From the IMG/VR virus record IMGVR_UViG_3300027736_002225: a stretch of DNA of 64,000 nt; one strand, written 5' to 3'. The position numbers were made by a program, and so were the translations under genes. The notes under the pieces are model-generated. The model was not told the DNA's origin and ran no database searches. It saw nothing but the letters and a program-made list of their open reading frames with translations. The stretch comes from a virus. Below, piece by piece: positions 1-7,744 of the stretch (position 1 is its first letter; the number at the start of each line of letters is the position of its first letter).

Positions 1-83
1 CCGGATACATTTTAAAATGATATACAAATTTTAAAAGAACTATAAGCAACTAACTCTATCATTCTGTTGCTGTTTATGTGTCT

Positions 84-112
84 ATTATAGCACACTCTTG
101 ACATCTTGTCAA
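84..112 (-). promoter_or_regulatory. sigma70-type promoter
   Basis: Minus strand TTGACA-N17-TATAAT, perfect consensus; points off the left edge of the window. Confidence 0.8.
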
Positions 113-155
113 ATCTTATTTTAAAGACCCTTTGCTTTGCTAGGGTACTTAAAAT

Positions 156-191
156 AAAAAACCCTCGGACTTTGCGGGTACCGAGGGTTTT
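156..191 (-). terminator. Rho-independent terminator
   Basis: AAAACCCTCGG-(12 nt)-CCGAGGGTTTTTT on the minus strand. Confidence 0.75.
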
Positions 192-218
192 AATAGATTT
201 CAGAAATGTTCTGCAAAC

Positions 219-314
219 TTACCCTCGATGCACTCTCCATGAATTTGGACGCGCAAAGCATTCTGGCTGTGTGCCATAAATGTCTTTTCCGTGGGATGCG
301 AGTTTACTTAACAT
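219..314 (-). CDS. 31-aa putative leader peptide (MLSKLASHGKDIYGTQPECFARPNSWRVHRG)
   Basis: Read by hand; AAGGA SD and TATAAATA upstream; ends just before the terminator. Confidence 0.5.
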   Translation of the reverse strand: MLSKLASHGKDIYGTQPECFARPNSWRVHRG

Positions 315-336
315 TACTTTTTTCCTTGCTATAAAT

Positions 337-344
337 TATTTATA
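337..344 (-). promoter_or_regulatory. T4-type late promoter TATAAATA
   Basis: Exact gp55 consensus in an intergenic region. Confidence 0.65.
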
Positions 345-385
345 GTCTAGAACATCTATCTATCGGTACTTTTTAAACTTTATTT

Positions 386-805
386 TCAAACTGTTGCTTC
401 TGCAAGTTCTTTGATTTCTTCAATATCGAAATCTTCATCTTTTGCTTTTACAACTTTTACTGGCTTTGTTTTCTTAGCAGGAGCAACTGGAGTCACTGGT
501 TTGCTTTTAACAAGAGCCACTGCTTTGGTTGCTTTAACCTTTGCAGGCTTTGCTACCGCAACACCTTGTTTCTTACCCATGGTTTCTGTAATAACAGAAT
601 TCCATTGTGCAAAGACTCCGCCCGCATCTAGCAGATACTGACAAGCTTCTGCTTTAGTCATCGGCTTAGGCAGCTCGATAAGTTCAAGTGGATTGTGTCC
701 GCCTTTGGACAACAGCTTAACACGAGATGCCAGATCATTGGCAAAACGAACCTTGGTGCCTTGTTCGGCGTGGGTGGAAACACCTGCAACTGTGAATGTA
801 CTCAT
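386..805 (-). CDS. hypothetical protein with Lys/Ala/Pro-rich C-terminal tail
   Basis: 139-aa ORF downstream of a consensus promoter. Confidence 0.7.
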   Translation of the reverse strand: MSTFTVAGVSTHAEQGTKVRFANDLASRVKLLSKGGHNPLELIELPKPMTKAEACQYLLDAGGVFAQWNSVITETMGKKQGVAVAKPAKVKATKAVALVKSKPVTPVAPAKKTKPVKVVKAKDEDFDIEEIKELAEATV

Positions 806-853
806 AATATAGACCTTTCAAAAAATTGATAAATTAACGACTTCACATTTCAT

Positions 854-882
854 ATTATATACCCTTTCGGGCGGCTTGTCAA
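854..882 (-). promoter_or_regulatory. sigma70-type promoter
   Basis: TTGACA-N17-TATAAT on the minus strand. Confidence 0.8.
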
Positions 883-1268
883 GCACTTTTTGTGTCCAAA
901 AGCAAAAATTCCTTAATCTTTTTGACGTGCTTGCAATCTCTACGGAATTGGAACCCCACGCAATCACATGAGACCTTGCCATTTCCAGAAATTACGTTAT
1001 AGACTGAACCTTTTAGTTTGGACTTTACCTTGAACACTCGTGTATCTGAGCGCTGTTTGGAAAACTCAAAACCAACGATAAACCTCTTATGGATGTAAGA
1101 AGTAGGGTATTCTTTAGTCCCTGTATGTACAGAAACGTAATCGTTATCCAACCACGTAGGATTGCTAACAACTCTACCCTTGAACACTACATTGTCGTAT
1201 TCTACGTTAAGTAGATTGGACTTGAATCTAGCGTGCAGCTCTACGGTTTGACCTATTTCTAACTTCAT
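879..1268 (-). CDS. SWIM-type zinc-finger protein
   Basis: C-terminal CDC-x8-CKH motif; start chosen at the ATG at 1268. Confidence 0.7.
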   Translation of the reverse strand: MKLEIGQTVELHARFKSNLLNVEYDNVVFKGRVVSNPTWLDNDYVSVHTGTKEYPTSYIHKRFIVGFEFSKQRSDTRVFKVKSKLKGSVYNVISGNGKVSCDCVGFQFRRDCKHVKKIKEFLLLDTKSA

Positions 1269-1274
1269 AACCAT

Positions 1275-1303
1275 ATTATAACAGAAAAAAGAACCCGAGT
1301 CAA
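1275..1303 (-). promoter_or_regulatory. sigma70-type promoter
   Basis: TTGACT-N17-TATAAT. Confidence 0.7.
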
Positions 1304-1316
1304 ATGCTCGGGTTCT
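1285..1316 (-). terminator. Rho-independent terminator overlapping the -35 box
   Basis: AGAACCCGAG-CATTTGA-CTCGGGTTCT followed by TTTTT. Confidence 0.7.
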
Positions 1317-1358
1317 AGGTGTTGTTTTTTAACAACAGGGTCGTTTTTTGCTTAATTT

Positions 1359-1511
1359 TTAAGCATTTTCCTTCTCGATTATTCCTTCTGATTCTAAATA
1401 GTCTAAAGTATCCTCGACTCCTTCGTTGTGACCCCATTTAAAGCACGCATAGCATGCTGCAAGCATTAGGGCTATTTGTATCATATCATATAGCGTAAAT
1501 GTATAATTCAT
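1359..1511 (-). CDS. 50-aa small membrane protein
   Basis: Hand-read ORF MNYTFTLYDMIQIALMLAACYACFKWG...; AGGAG SD; one hydrophobic segment. Confidence 0.7.
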   Translation of the reverse strand: MNYTFTLYDMIQIALMLAACYACFKWGHNEGVEDTLDYLESEGIIEKENA

Positions 1512-1540
1512 ATTTCGCTCCTTATAGTTATTTTAGCATA

Positions 1541-2026
1541 TCACAAAAACCAATCAGCTTGCCGTTGTTTTAGATTTTTAAATTGATCATGTTCAATTAT
1601 AAATTTTGCAACAAGACCATTTTCCATACCATAGGCTTCTATTTCCCATGGTTGGTCCCAATAGGAATAGTCTTCATCATATTTCACACCGAACCATGAT
1701 GTAATACATCGGCTTTTACTAAACCTATCTTTTACCTCTCCTTTGGCTAGTTGTTTTAGATGAACCATTTCGTGTGCGAGAATTTTAAACATAAGAATCG
1801 TTTTTTTAGTACGCTGTATGTCAATGCTAAATTCTCGGGGATTGCCTGTATCACTAAATTCATAATTACAATATCCACCTGCATCTATATTGTCTCTTAC
1901 TGTAATTTTAACAGTAATATTCTTTGACATCTGAGGTGAGAGCAAATTTCCTGCATAGGAATGCGCCGCCAATTTAAGTAGTTTTACGAGAGTGTTATCT
2001 TTCGCGTTTCTGACGGTGACGTACAT
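1541..2026 (-). CDS. putative zinc metallopeptidase
   Basis: AHEMVH (HExxH) and a downstream PWEIEA motif. Confidence 0.7.
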   Translation of the reverse strand: MYVTVRNAKDNTLVKLLKLAAHSYAGNLLSPQMSKNITVKITVRDNIDAGGYCNYEFSDTGNPREFSIDIQRTKKTILMFKILAHEMVHLKQLAKGEVKDRFSKSRCITSWFGVKYDEDYSYWDQPWEIEAYGMENGLVAKFIIEHDQFKNLKQRQADWFL

Positions 2027-2042
2027 TTTTGCCCTCCCATTT

Positions 2043-2050
2043 TATTTATA
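2043..2050 (-). promoter_or_regulatory. T4-type late promoter
   Basis: TATAAATA upstream of the 1541-2026 ORF. Confidence 0.6.
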
Positions 2051-2059
2051 ATGGTTAGG

Positions 2060-2887
2060 TTATGTCCAAAGTGAGTCTCTAGCTTTAATAAGACGAATCA
2101 TCATTTCTTCATCTTCCTTTTCGTAGGCCGTATCTATATCATCCATCATTTTAAGCATAGCAGCGGTATCTACTTTATCATCTTTGTTTAGAACACTAAA
2201 CAACGTGCCATCACTTCTCTTACTTTCACAATATGCAGACCACCCACTTGTTTCCATGGAGTCAACACGCAATGGGCGAATAGTAGTCCACCAGAGGTAA
2301 AGTTCTTTAATTTCTATAGCGCGCAATGCTTGACCTGCAGGCTTACCATAGTCTGTAGAGTCTTCTTCAACTCCCCAATCTTTATCCATCATTAGACTAG
2401 ACGCCCAATCTAGATGATCGAGACCTGCTTGAGGGCAACGCCAATTGCGCCAACGAAACCAACCACTTGCCCAAAATGGAGCTTTATATTTTGCTTTGGC
2501 ATCTTTATCGCCCCAGGCAATGTGATGCCATGCTTGTTCTATTTCAACAAAGTCCACCAGCTCATTAAAAAGGCAAGGAAGGAAACGGTTGCCAACATCG
2601 TACCATTGCCCTGGTTTGATATCTCTGGGATGAGCAGTAAGAGAATGAGTGCGAGTAACCCAACGATTATTAATATAATACTTAACATTATAAAGCCCAT
2701 CTATAGGGGCAAAGATAAACGTTTGCAGTTTATCTAAGCCTTCTTCAGCAATCCAATAACGGATAGGATACTTAGCTTGAGCTTCCTTATTCCATTTATC
2801 CCACCCCTCAGCAGTTTCTGCTTTTGGTTTAAACGTCCCTCTAATCCACTCTGCAAATTTACTATTTGACCAGTAGTTACTTCTCAT
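2060..2887 (-). CDS. Trp-rich hypothetical protein
   Basis: 275-aa ORF, translationally coupled to the upstream ORF. Confidence 0.75.
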   Translation of the reverse strand: MRSNYWSNSKFAEWIRGTFKPKAETAEGWDKWNKEAQAKYPIRYWIAEEGLDKLQTFIFAPIDGLYNVKYYINNRWVTRTHSLTAHPRDIKPGQWYDVGNRFLPCLFNELVDFVEIEQAWHHIAWGDKDAKAKYKAPFWASGWFRWRNWRCPQAGLDHLDWASSLMMDKDWGVEEDSTDYGKPAGQALRAIEIKELYLWWTTIRPLRVDSMETSGWSAYCESKRSDGTLFSVLNKDDKVDTAAMLKMMDDIDTAYEKEDEEMMIRLIKARDSLWT

Positions 2888-3072
2888 TTATTATTCCCCA
2901 CAGTATTTTTAGTTACGCTAGCAATTGCTGCAAGTACTTCTTTAGTAAGTTGTTCATCATCCCAAACCAATTCAACACGACCATCTTCATTTTTTGTAAC
3001 CGTCAGATGGGTGCCTTGAATAATCTTGGGCCAGGTTTCAATAGTCGTATTTTTTGGTTTGCGTGATGCCAT
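2884..3072 (-). CDS. hypothetical protein
   Basis: 62-aa ORF in the operon. Confidence 0.65.
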   Translation of the reverse strand: MASRKPKNTTIETWPKIIQGTHLTVTKNEDGRVELVWDDEQLTKEVLAAIASVTKNTVGNNK

Positions 3073-3074
3073 AA

Positions 3075-3269
3075 TTAAGCCTTGGTTTTTGCTTCTGCGC
3101 GAGCTGTACGAACTTCGGTAATTTCTGTTCGACGAGCTTTAATTGATTTTCCTAGTTCCTGCAATGCTTTGCGAGCACGGGTGCCTGCAGCATTGTTACC
3201 CTTTTCAAACTTCTCATTTTCCGCTTCGTATGCTGCCAATTGTGTTTTAATATCTTCATGTGCGCTCAT
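3075..3269 (-). CDS. histone H1-like Hc1-family small protein
   Basis: KFEKGNNAAGTRARKAL motif typical of the Hc1 N-terminal domain. Confidence 0.7.
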   Translation of the reverse strand: MSAHEDIKTQLAAYEAENEKFEKGNNAAGTRARKALQELGKSIKARRTEITEVRTARAEAKTKA

Positions 3270-3278
3270 TTTATTTCC

Positions 3279-4691
3279 TTAAATTTTAATTGCTGAAAAG
3301 TCTCTACGTGTCCTGTTGAACACATCCCCTAAATTATAATTGCTTTTTGCTGAGTTGTCAACCCTGTCGATATCCAAATTAGCATCTGTCAATCCTTTTT
3401 GCGCGGATGGCTCTAAATCATATAGTTTCATCTTTGCTCTATCAATCCCAATCATAAATCTTTTATTTGATGTTGGGTCATTATATCTATTCTTTAATTG
3501 CTTAACCATTAGTTGATTCAATTGCTCTAGCTCTTCTGTAGAAATTAAGGCAAACATAAAATCAACTGTCGCAGGCAAACCAAACGATTCCGATGTATCT
3601 GTTAGTTCTACATCGGTATTGCCATACCCACTTCGAGTTGTCTGTGTGGCACTTAAGATAGGTACATTTTCTTCTACTGCCAAACCACGAAGTTCTTCTG
3701 CAATAGATTTAATTAAAGTATACGAATTAATATTTGAACCTGACTTGAATCTAGAACTTGCACAAATATTTAAATAATCAATAATAATTATATCAGGTTT
3801 AAACTGTCGCTTCAACTGCAATTCATTTAACAATGCTTTAAAGTGTCCTGTATGGGCACCCGCCGTTGGATATTCCTTAATAATCAGATTGCCTTCTGTT
3901 TTATTACGAATCTTTTCAATCCTGCTATCAAATAAAGACTTCGGTAAATCTTTTAATTGATCCATTGTAATGTTCATTAGATTTGCATCAATACGTTCTG
4001 CAATTCTTTCTTCTGCCATTTCTAAAGTTATATACAGAACATTTTTATTCTGACTTAAAACAGATGCAGCAACGTGACACATAAACAACGATTTACCAAC
4101 ACCAGTACCTGCAAGACAAACATTCAACGTCTTGTTAGGCATACCGCCGTTAGTAATTTTGTTAAAGTAATCTAAATCAAATGGTACACGAGATGTTACA
4201 CGATGATAGGATTCATATCGACTTTCTGCATCCTGAATATAATCATGTCCAACATTATTGTCAAAGCAAACACCTAGTGCGTCTTGTAACAGTTGAGGAA
4301 TACCATCTTCCGATTTTGCTTTATCTCTGCCATCTATAATTGCAATTGAATTTAGGATGGCATTATAAATTGCTTTGTCTTTACAGAACTTTTCTGTTTC
4401 CTTATACAACCAATCACGATTGTGTTCTGTTTTTTCAAATTGGTTAACAATGTCAACAATTTCTTTGTACTGATCTTCAGTAAGACTTTTATCATTCTGT
4501 ACTGCAATTACCAATGCATCTTTGTTTGGTAATGAATTATACTGGTCAATAAAATCTTTTATTCGATCATAAATTATTTTTTCGTTATTGTCTATAAAAT
4601 AATCCCGCTTCAAAAACGGGATTACTTTTCTCATATAGTCATCGTCATTTATTAAATTCTCAAGAATTACTGTCTCGATTTTCGTAGTCAT
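3279..4691 (-). CDS. 41: replicative DNA helicase (T4 gp41-like)
   Basis: Walker A AGTGVGKS, IIDYLNIC, SESFGLPATVD. Confidence 0.95.
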   Translation of the reverse strand: MTTKIETVILENLINDDDYMRKVIPFLKRDYFIDNNEKIIYDRIKDFIDQYNSLPNKDALVIAVQNDKSLTEDQYKEIVDIVNQFEKTEHNRDWLYKETEKFCKDKAIYNAILNSIAIIDGRDKAKSEDGIPQLLQDALGVCFDNNVGHDYIQDAESRYESYHRVTSRVPFDLDYFNKITNGGMPNKTLNVCLAGTGVGKSLFMCHVAASVLSQNKNVLYITLEMAEERIAERIDANLMNITMDQLKDLPKSLFDSRIEKIRNKTEGNLIIKEYPTAGAHTGHFKALLNELQLKRQFKPDIIIIDYLNICASSRFKSGSNINSYTLIKSIAEELRGLAVEENVPILSATQTTRSGYGNTDVELTDTSESFGLPATVDFMFALISTEELEQLNQLMVKQLKNRYNDPTSNKRFMIGIDRAKMKLYDLEPSAQKGLTDANLDIDRVDNSAKSNYNLGDVFNRTRRDFSAIKI

Positions 4692-4950
4692 GCATTGCCT
4701 GTTCTATCATATTGTTTAGAATACCTGAAAACACAGTATTGAATTTTTCAGACTTCATATCATTTTCATCTTTATGCGGCGGCTTTTCAATTATAGTAAA
4801 ATCTACAGCAAGTTGTCCGTCACTATTATCTTCCAACGCGATGGAAGCAATACTGACGATTGTTCCGGCAAACTCACCTTCCAAAAGTTTGACGCCCCAT
4901 AAATCTTTATCTTCATTTTTTAAAGCCCACGGACTATACTTCACTGGCAT
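4660..4950 (-). CDS. hypothetical protein (position of T4 gp40)
   Basis: Acidic ORF between uvsX and gp41. Confidence 0.6.
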   Translation of the reverse strand: MPVKYSPWALKNEDKDLWGVKLLEGEFAGTIVSIASIALEDNSDGQLAVDFTIIEKPPHKDENDMKSEKFNTVFSGILNNMIEQAMHDYENRDSNS

Positions 4951-6013
4951 TTTCAAATTCCTCTTCGATGTCTGTTTCATCAAAACTCTTACCTAACATA
5001 TCGCTTCCTGCAATACGATAATTGTTTTCAATGTATTCTTTAAAAGATTTGGTTGTTAAAATTGGCATCCAAAATTCTTTGGTATACGTATCTTTAAGCC
5101 GATATTTCTTAGCATCAATTTCGCCTGTTTCTTTATCTACTTTGCTATACCAACCATTAGATGGCTTAACAACATATCCGCCTTCTAAGGCAACATCAAG
5201 TAGACCAGACCATTTACTGATTCCGCCTTCAAATGTAACTTCAATTGGGATCTTAGATTTCTCACGAACAAATCTAGATTTCTCTACGTTTATAACAAAG
5301 TTATATCCAATAACTTCGGTTCCTTCTTTTTCTTGTTGGCGACCAATAATAAAGATGTTATCGGCTGAGTAATACAAACCAGTTCCACCAGATACGATCT
5401 GTTTCGGATACAAACCAATTTCAGAATAAGTATGGTTAACAACAACCATAGGAATATCTTTAATTGTTAAGTGAGGGGTAACCATTCTAAACAAAGATTT
5501 CATCTGTTTAGCACGAGTCATATCTGCAACAGACTTACCTTCTAGTGCGTCATCAACTTCTTTCTTAGAAGCAAGATTGCCAACAGAATCAATGATAATG
5601 ATTACTTGCTCGCCTCGATTAATGTTATTAATTTGTGACATAATATCAAACTTCAATTGTTCAATATCTGTAATCGGAGTATGCAAGATTCGTGAAGTGT
5701 TAATTCCAAAGTTATCAAAATACGCTTGAGGCGAACCAAACTCTGAATCATAAAATAAAACAACCGCGTCTGGATACTTATCAATATATGCTTTAGTAAG
5801 CAATAATGTGAATGCAGTTTTAAAGTGTTTAGATGGGCCTGCAAATACTGTTAGTCCAGGAGTAAATCCTCCTTCAAGGCTTCCAGACAATGCAACATTC
5901 ATCATTGGTACTGAGGTTTGAATCATATCCTTCTTAGCGAAGAATTTAGATTTATTTAAAATTTCTGATTCTTTAATTGTTGAATTTTTCTTCAACCGTT
6001 CTAGTAATGACAT
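4934..6013 (-). CDS. uvsX: RecA-like recombinase UvsX
   Basis: AGPSKHFKT, FYDSEFG, ADMTRAKQMKSLFR. Confidence 0.95.
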   Translation of the reverse strand: MSLLERLKKNSTIKESEILNKSKFFAKKDMIQTSVPMMNVALSGSLEGGFTPGLTVFAGPSKHFKTAFTLLLTKAYIDKYPDAVVLFYDSEFGSPQAYFDNFGINTSRILHTPITDIEQLKFDIMSQINNINRGEQVIIIIDSVGNLASKKEVDDALEGKSVADMTRAKQMKSLFRMVTPHLTIKDIPMVVVNHTYSEIGLYPKQIVSGGTGLYYSADNIFIIGRQQEKEGTEVIGYNFVINVEKSRFVREKSKIPIEVTFEGGISKWSGLLDVALEGGYVVKPSNGWYSKVDKETGEIDAKKYRLKDTYTKEFWMPILTTKSFKEYIENNYRIAGSDMLGKSFDETDIEEEFENASEV

Positions 6014-6039
6014 ATCTATTCCTTAAGTAATAAAATAAT

Positions 6040-6068
6040 ATTATATAGTATTTGTGCATAGTTGTCTA
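6040..6068 (-). promoter_or_regulatory. sigma70-like promoter of uvsX
   Basis: TAGACA-N17-TATAAT. Confidence 0.65.
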
Positions 6069-6079
6069 TGCTTTTTGAA

Positions 6080-6913
6080 TTAAAAGATCACCGTCCATGG
6101 TTTTCTTGTTTCGCTTGTACAAGTTTTCTCATCTCGAATAAACCTTCCTGCATTTCGAATATACTGGTGCATATACAAATCAACGTAATCCATATCTAAT
6201 CCTTCAACCAAACAAGCAAACGATGATGACATTGCGTGAAACTGCTTTGCGTTTTGCAATACCATGCCAAAGTGCAGAATGTTCATATGGTAGTTTTGCA
6301 TTGTAGGCGCCGAAATAATTTTTATATCTTTACCAACAATATCCAACAACTTATTAGTATCCATAGTTAATCCTCTAGTAGGATCATGGTGTATAAAAAT
6401 ATATTCCTCATGATTTGGATTCACCATATTGAATACTTGTTCTTCTGCCTGCATATCTCGTTCATAGTAGAAACTCATAAAACGATGTTTCCAATCTATC
6501 TCCATAAAATCATAATATGCTTGATTCCCGTAAATAGATTTTGTGGATAGTTCTGACCAAGAAGCCTGATACTGATTTGTTCCGGAACGCAGAAATTCGT
6601 CAAAAGATTTTCCAGGAACACCTCTTTGTATTTCATGTCCAAGTAGATAGATCGAATCCGGAACAATTGTCTTTATATGCTCTATCATGCCATTATGTTC
6701 ATTGCCGGAATCAATGAACAATACTTTTATTCTTGGATCATCTCGATACATAAATTCTACAACGTGAGAATAATGCCTCCACGATACAACATAAATTTGT
6801 GTTAACGAATGTTCTATTAACAGTCGACGAGCCATACCATTAAACATGATATGGTCGCCGAGTCCTTGCATGGTATATAACATACCAATTCTTTGATTTT
6901 CACGAATGGCCAT
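6080..6913 (-). CDS. putative glycosyltransferase (GT9/GT-B-like)
   Basis: N-terminal QGLGDHIMFNGM and C-terminal AKQFHAMSSSF; paralog of 26333-27121. Confidence 0.5.
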   Translation of the reverse strand: MAIRENQRIGMLYTMQGLGDHIMFNGMARRLLIEHSLTQIYVVSWRHYSHVVEFMYRDDPRIKVLFIDSGNEHNGMIEHIKTIVPDSIYLLGHEIQRGVPGKSFDEFLRSGTNQYQASWSELSTKSIYGNQAYYDFMEIDWKHRFMSFYYERDMQAEEQVFNMVNPNHEEYIFIHHDPTRGLTMDTNKLLDIVGKDIKIISAPTMQNYHMNILHFGMVLQNAKQFHAMSSSFACLVEGLDMDYVDLYMHQYIRNAGRFIRDEKTCTSETRKPWTVIF

Positions 6914-6928
6914 AATAAAGGTATAAAC

Positions 6929-7744
6929 TTATTCTGTTGCGTTTGAACCGCACTTGGCGCGCTTAGCCTTAGTCAATGCCCCAAAATCTACCTGCCATTC
7001 GGTGCCTGGTGCAAGCTCTTTATGATTGGGTGGTAATTTAAAATCTACATTTGAAGCATTTTCAATGTCTGCAATTGGCATGCGAAACTTTGTCAAATCA
7101 TTTCCTAAATTAGGATATGGAGGAACGTGAGGAAACCCCCATCCAGCAACTTCATTTGTTTGATTGTTAATTACAATTTTATAAAAACCATGAGGAACAA
7201 CTACACCACTACCAATCTTTTTATCCTGTGCATTATAAATGCCGCCGACATAAATTGTGTAACTTTGATTACGTTGAACTGCCCATCCGCGAACAGATGT
7301 TTCTAATAGTTTCCAAATCCCTCTATTTAGACTTCCTGCCTGAGGTGCCATGTTTGTCATCAAGAATGATTCATATTCAACTTGTTGATCCCAACTTAAA
7401 TCTCCATCAGGACTCATATGACCTTTATCATATCCAGTTCCAACATAATCATCTACCCTAGGTCCGTTTTGAATAGACGCATCTGCTACAAAGGCATTTG
7501 TTCTTGGCCAACATCCTAGTGCATTTTGCGGAAGCAATTCATAGGTTACAAATTTAGGAAGTTTTGCTGCTGCATCATATCCTACAAGATACCCCTGTCG
7601 GCAAATTGGTTGAACTCCTTGGGTTGCGGGGAATCCATATGGTGCATGAACTTGACATGCTTGTACCGGCAATGGTTGACGCTGATCCCAACCATATGAG
7701 TATAAACTTAATGATGCTAGAAATGTAAAAATAATCTTTTTCAT
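6929..7744 (-). CDS. DNA/RNA non-specific endonuclease (NucA/Serratia type) with signal peptide
   Basis: YDKGHM, TNMAPQ, LNRGIW, VPHGFYKIV; N-terminal MKKIIFTFLASLSLYSYG. Confidence 0.9.
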   Translation of the reverse strand: MKKIIFTFLASLSLYSYGWDQRQPLPVQACQVHAPYGFPATQGVQPICRQGYLVGYDAAAKLPKFVTYELLPQNALGCWPRTNAFVADASIQNGPRVDDYVGTGYDKGHMSPDGDLSWDQQVEYESFLMTNMAPQAGSLNRGIWKLLETSVRGWAVQRNQSYTIYVGGIYNAQDKKIGSGVVVPHGFYKIVINNQTNEVAGWGFPHVPPYPNLGNDLTKFRMPIADIENASNVDFKLPPNHKELAPGTEWQVDFGALTKAKRAKCGSNATE

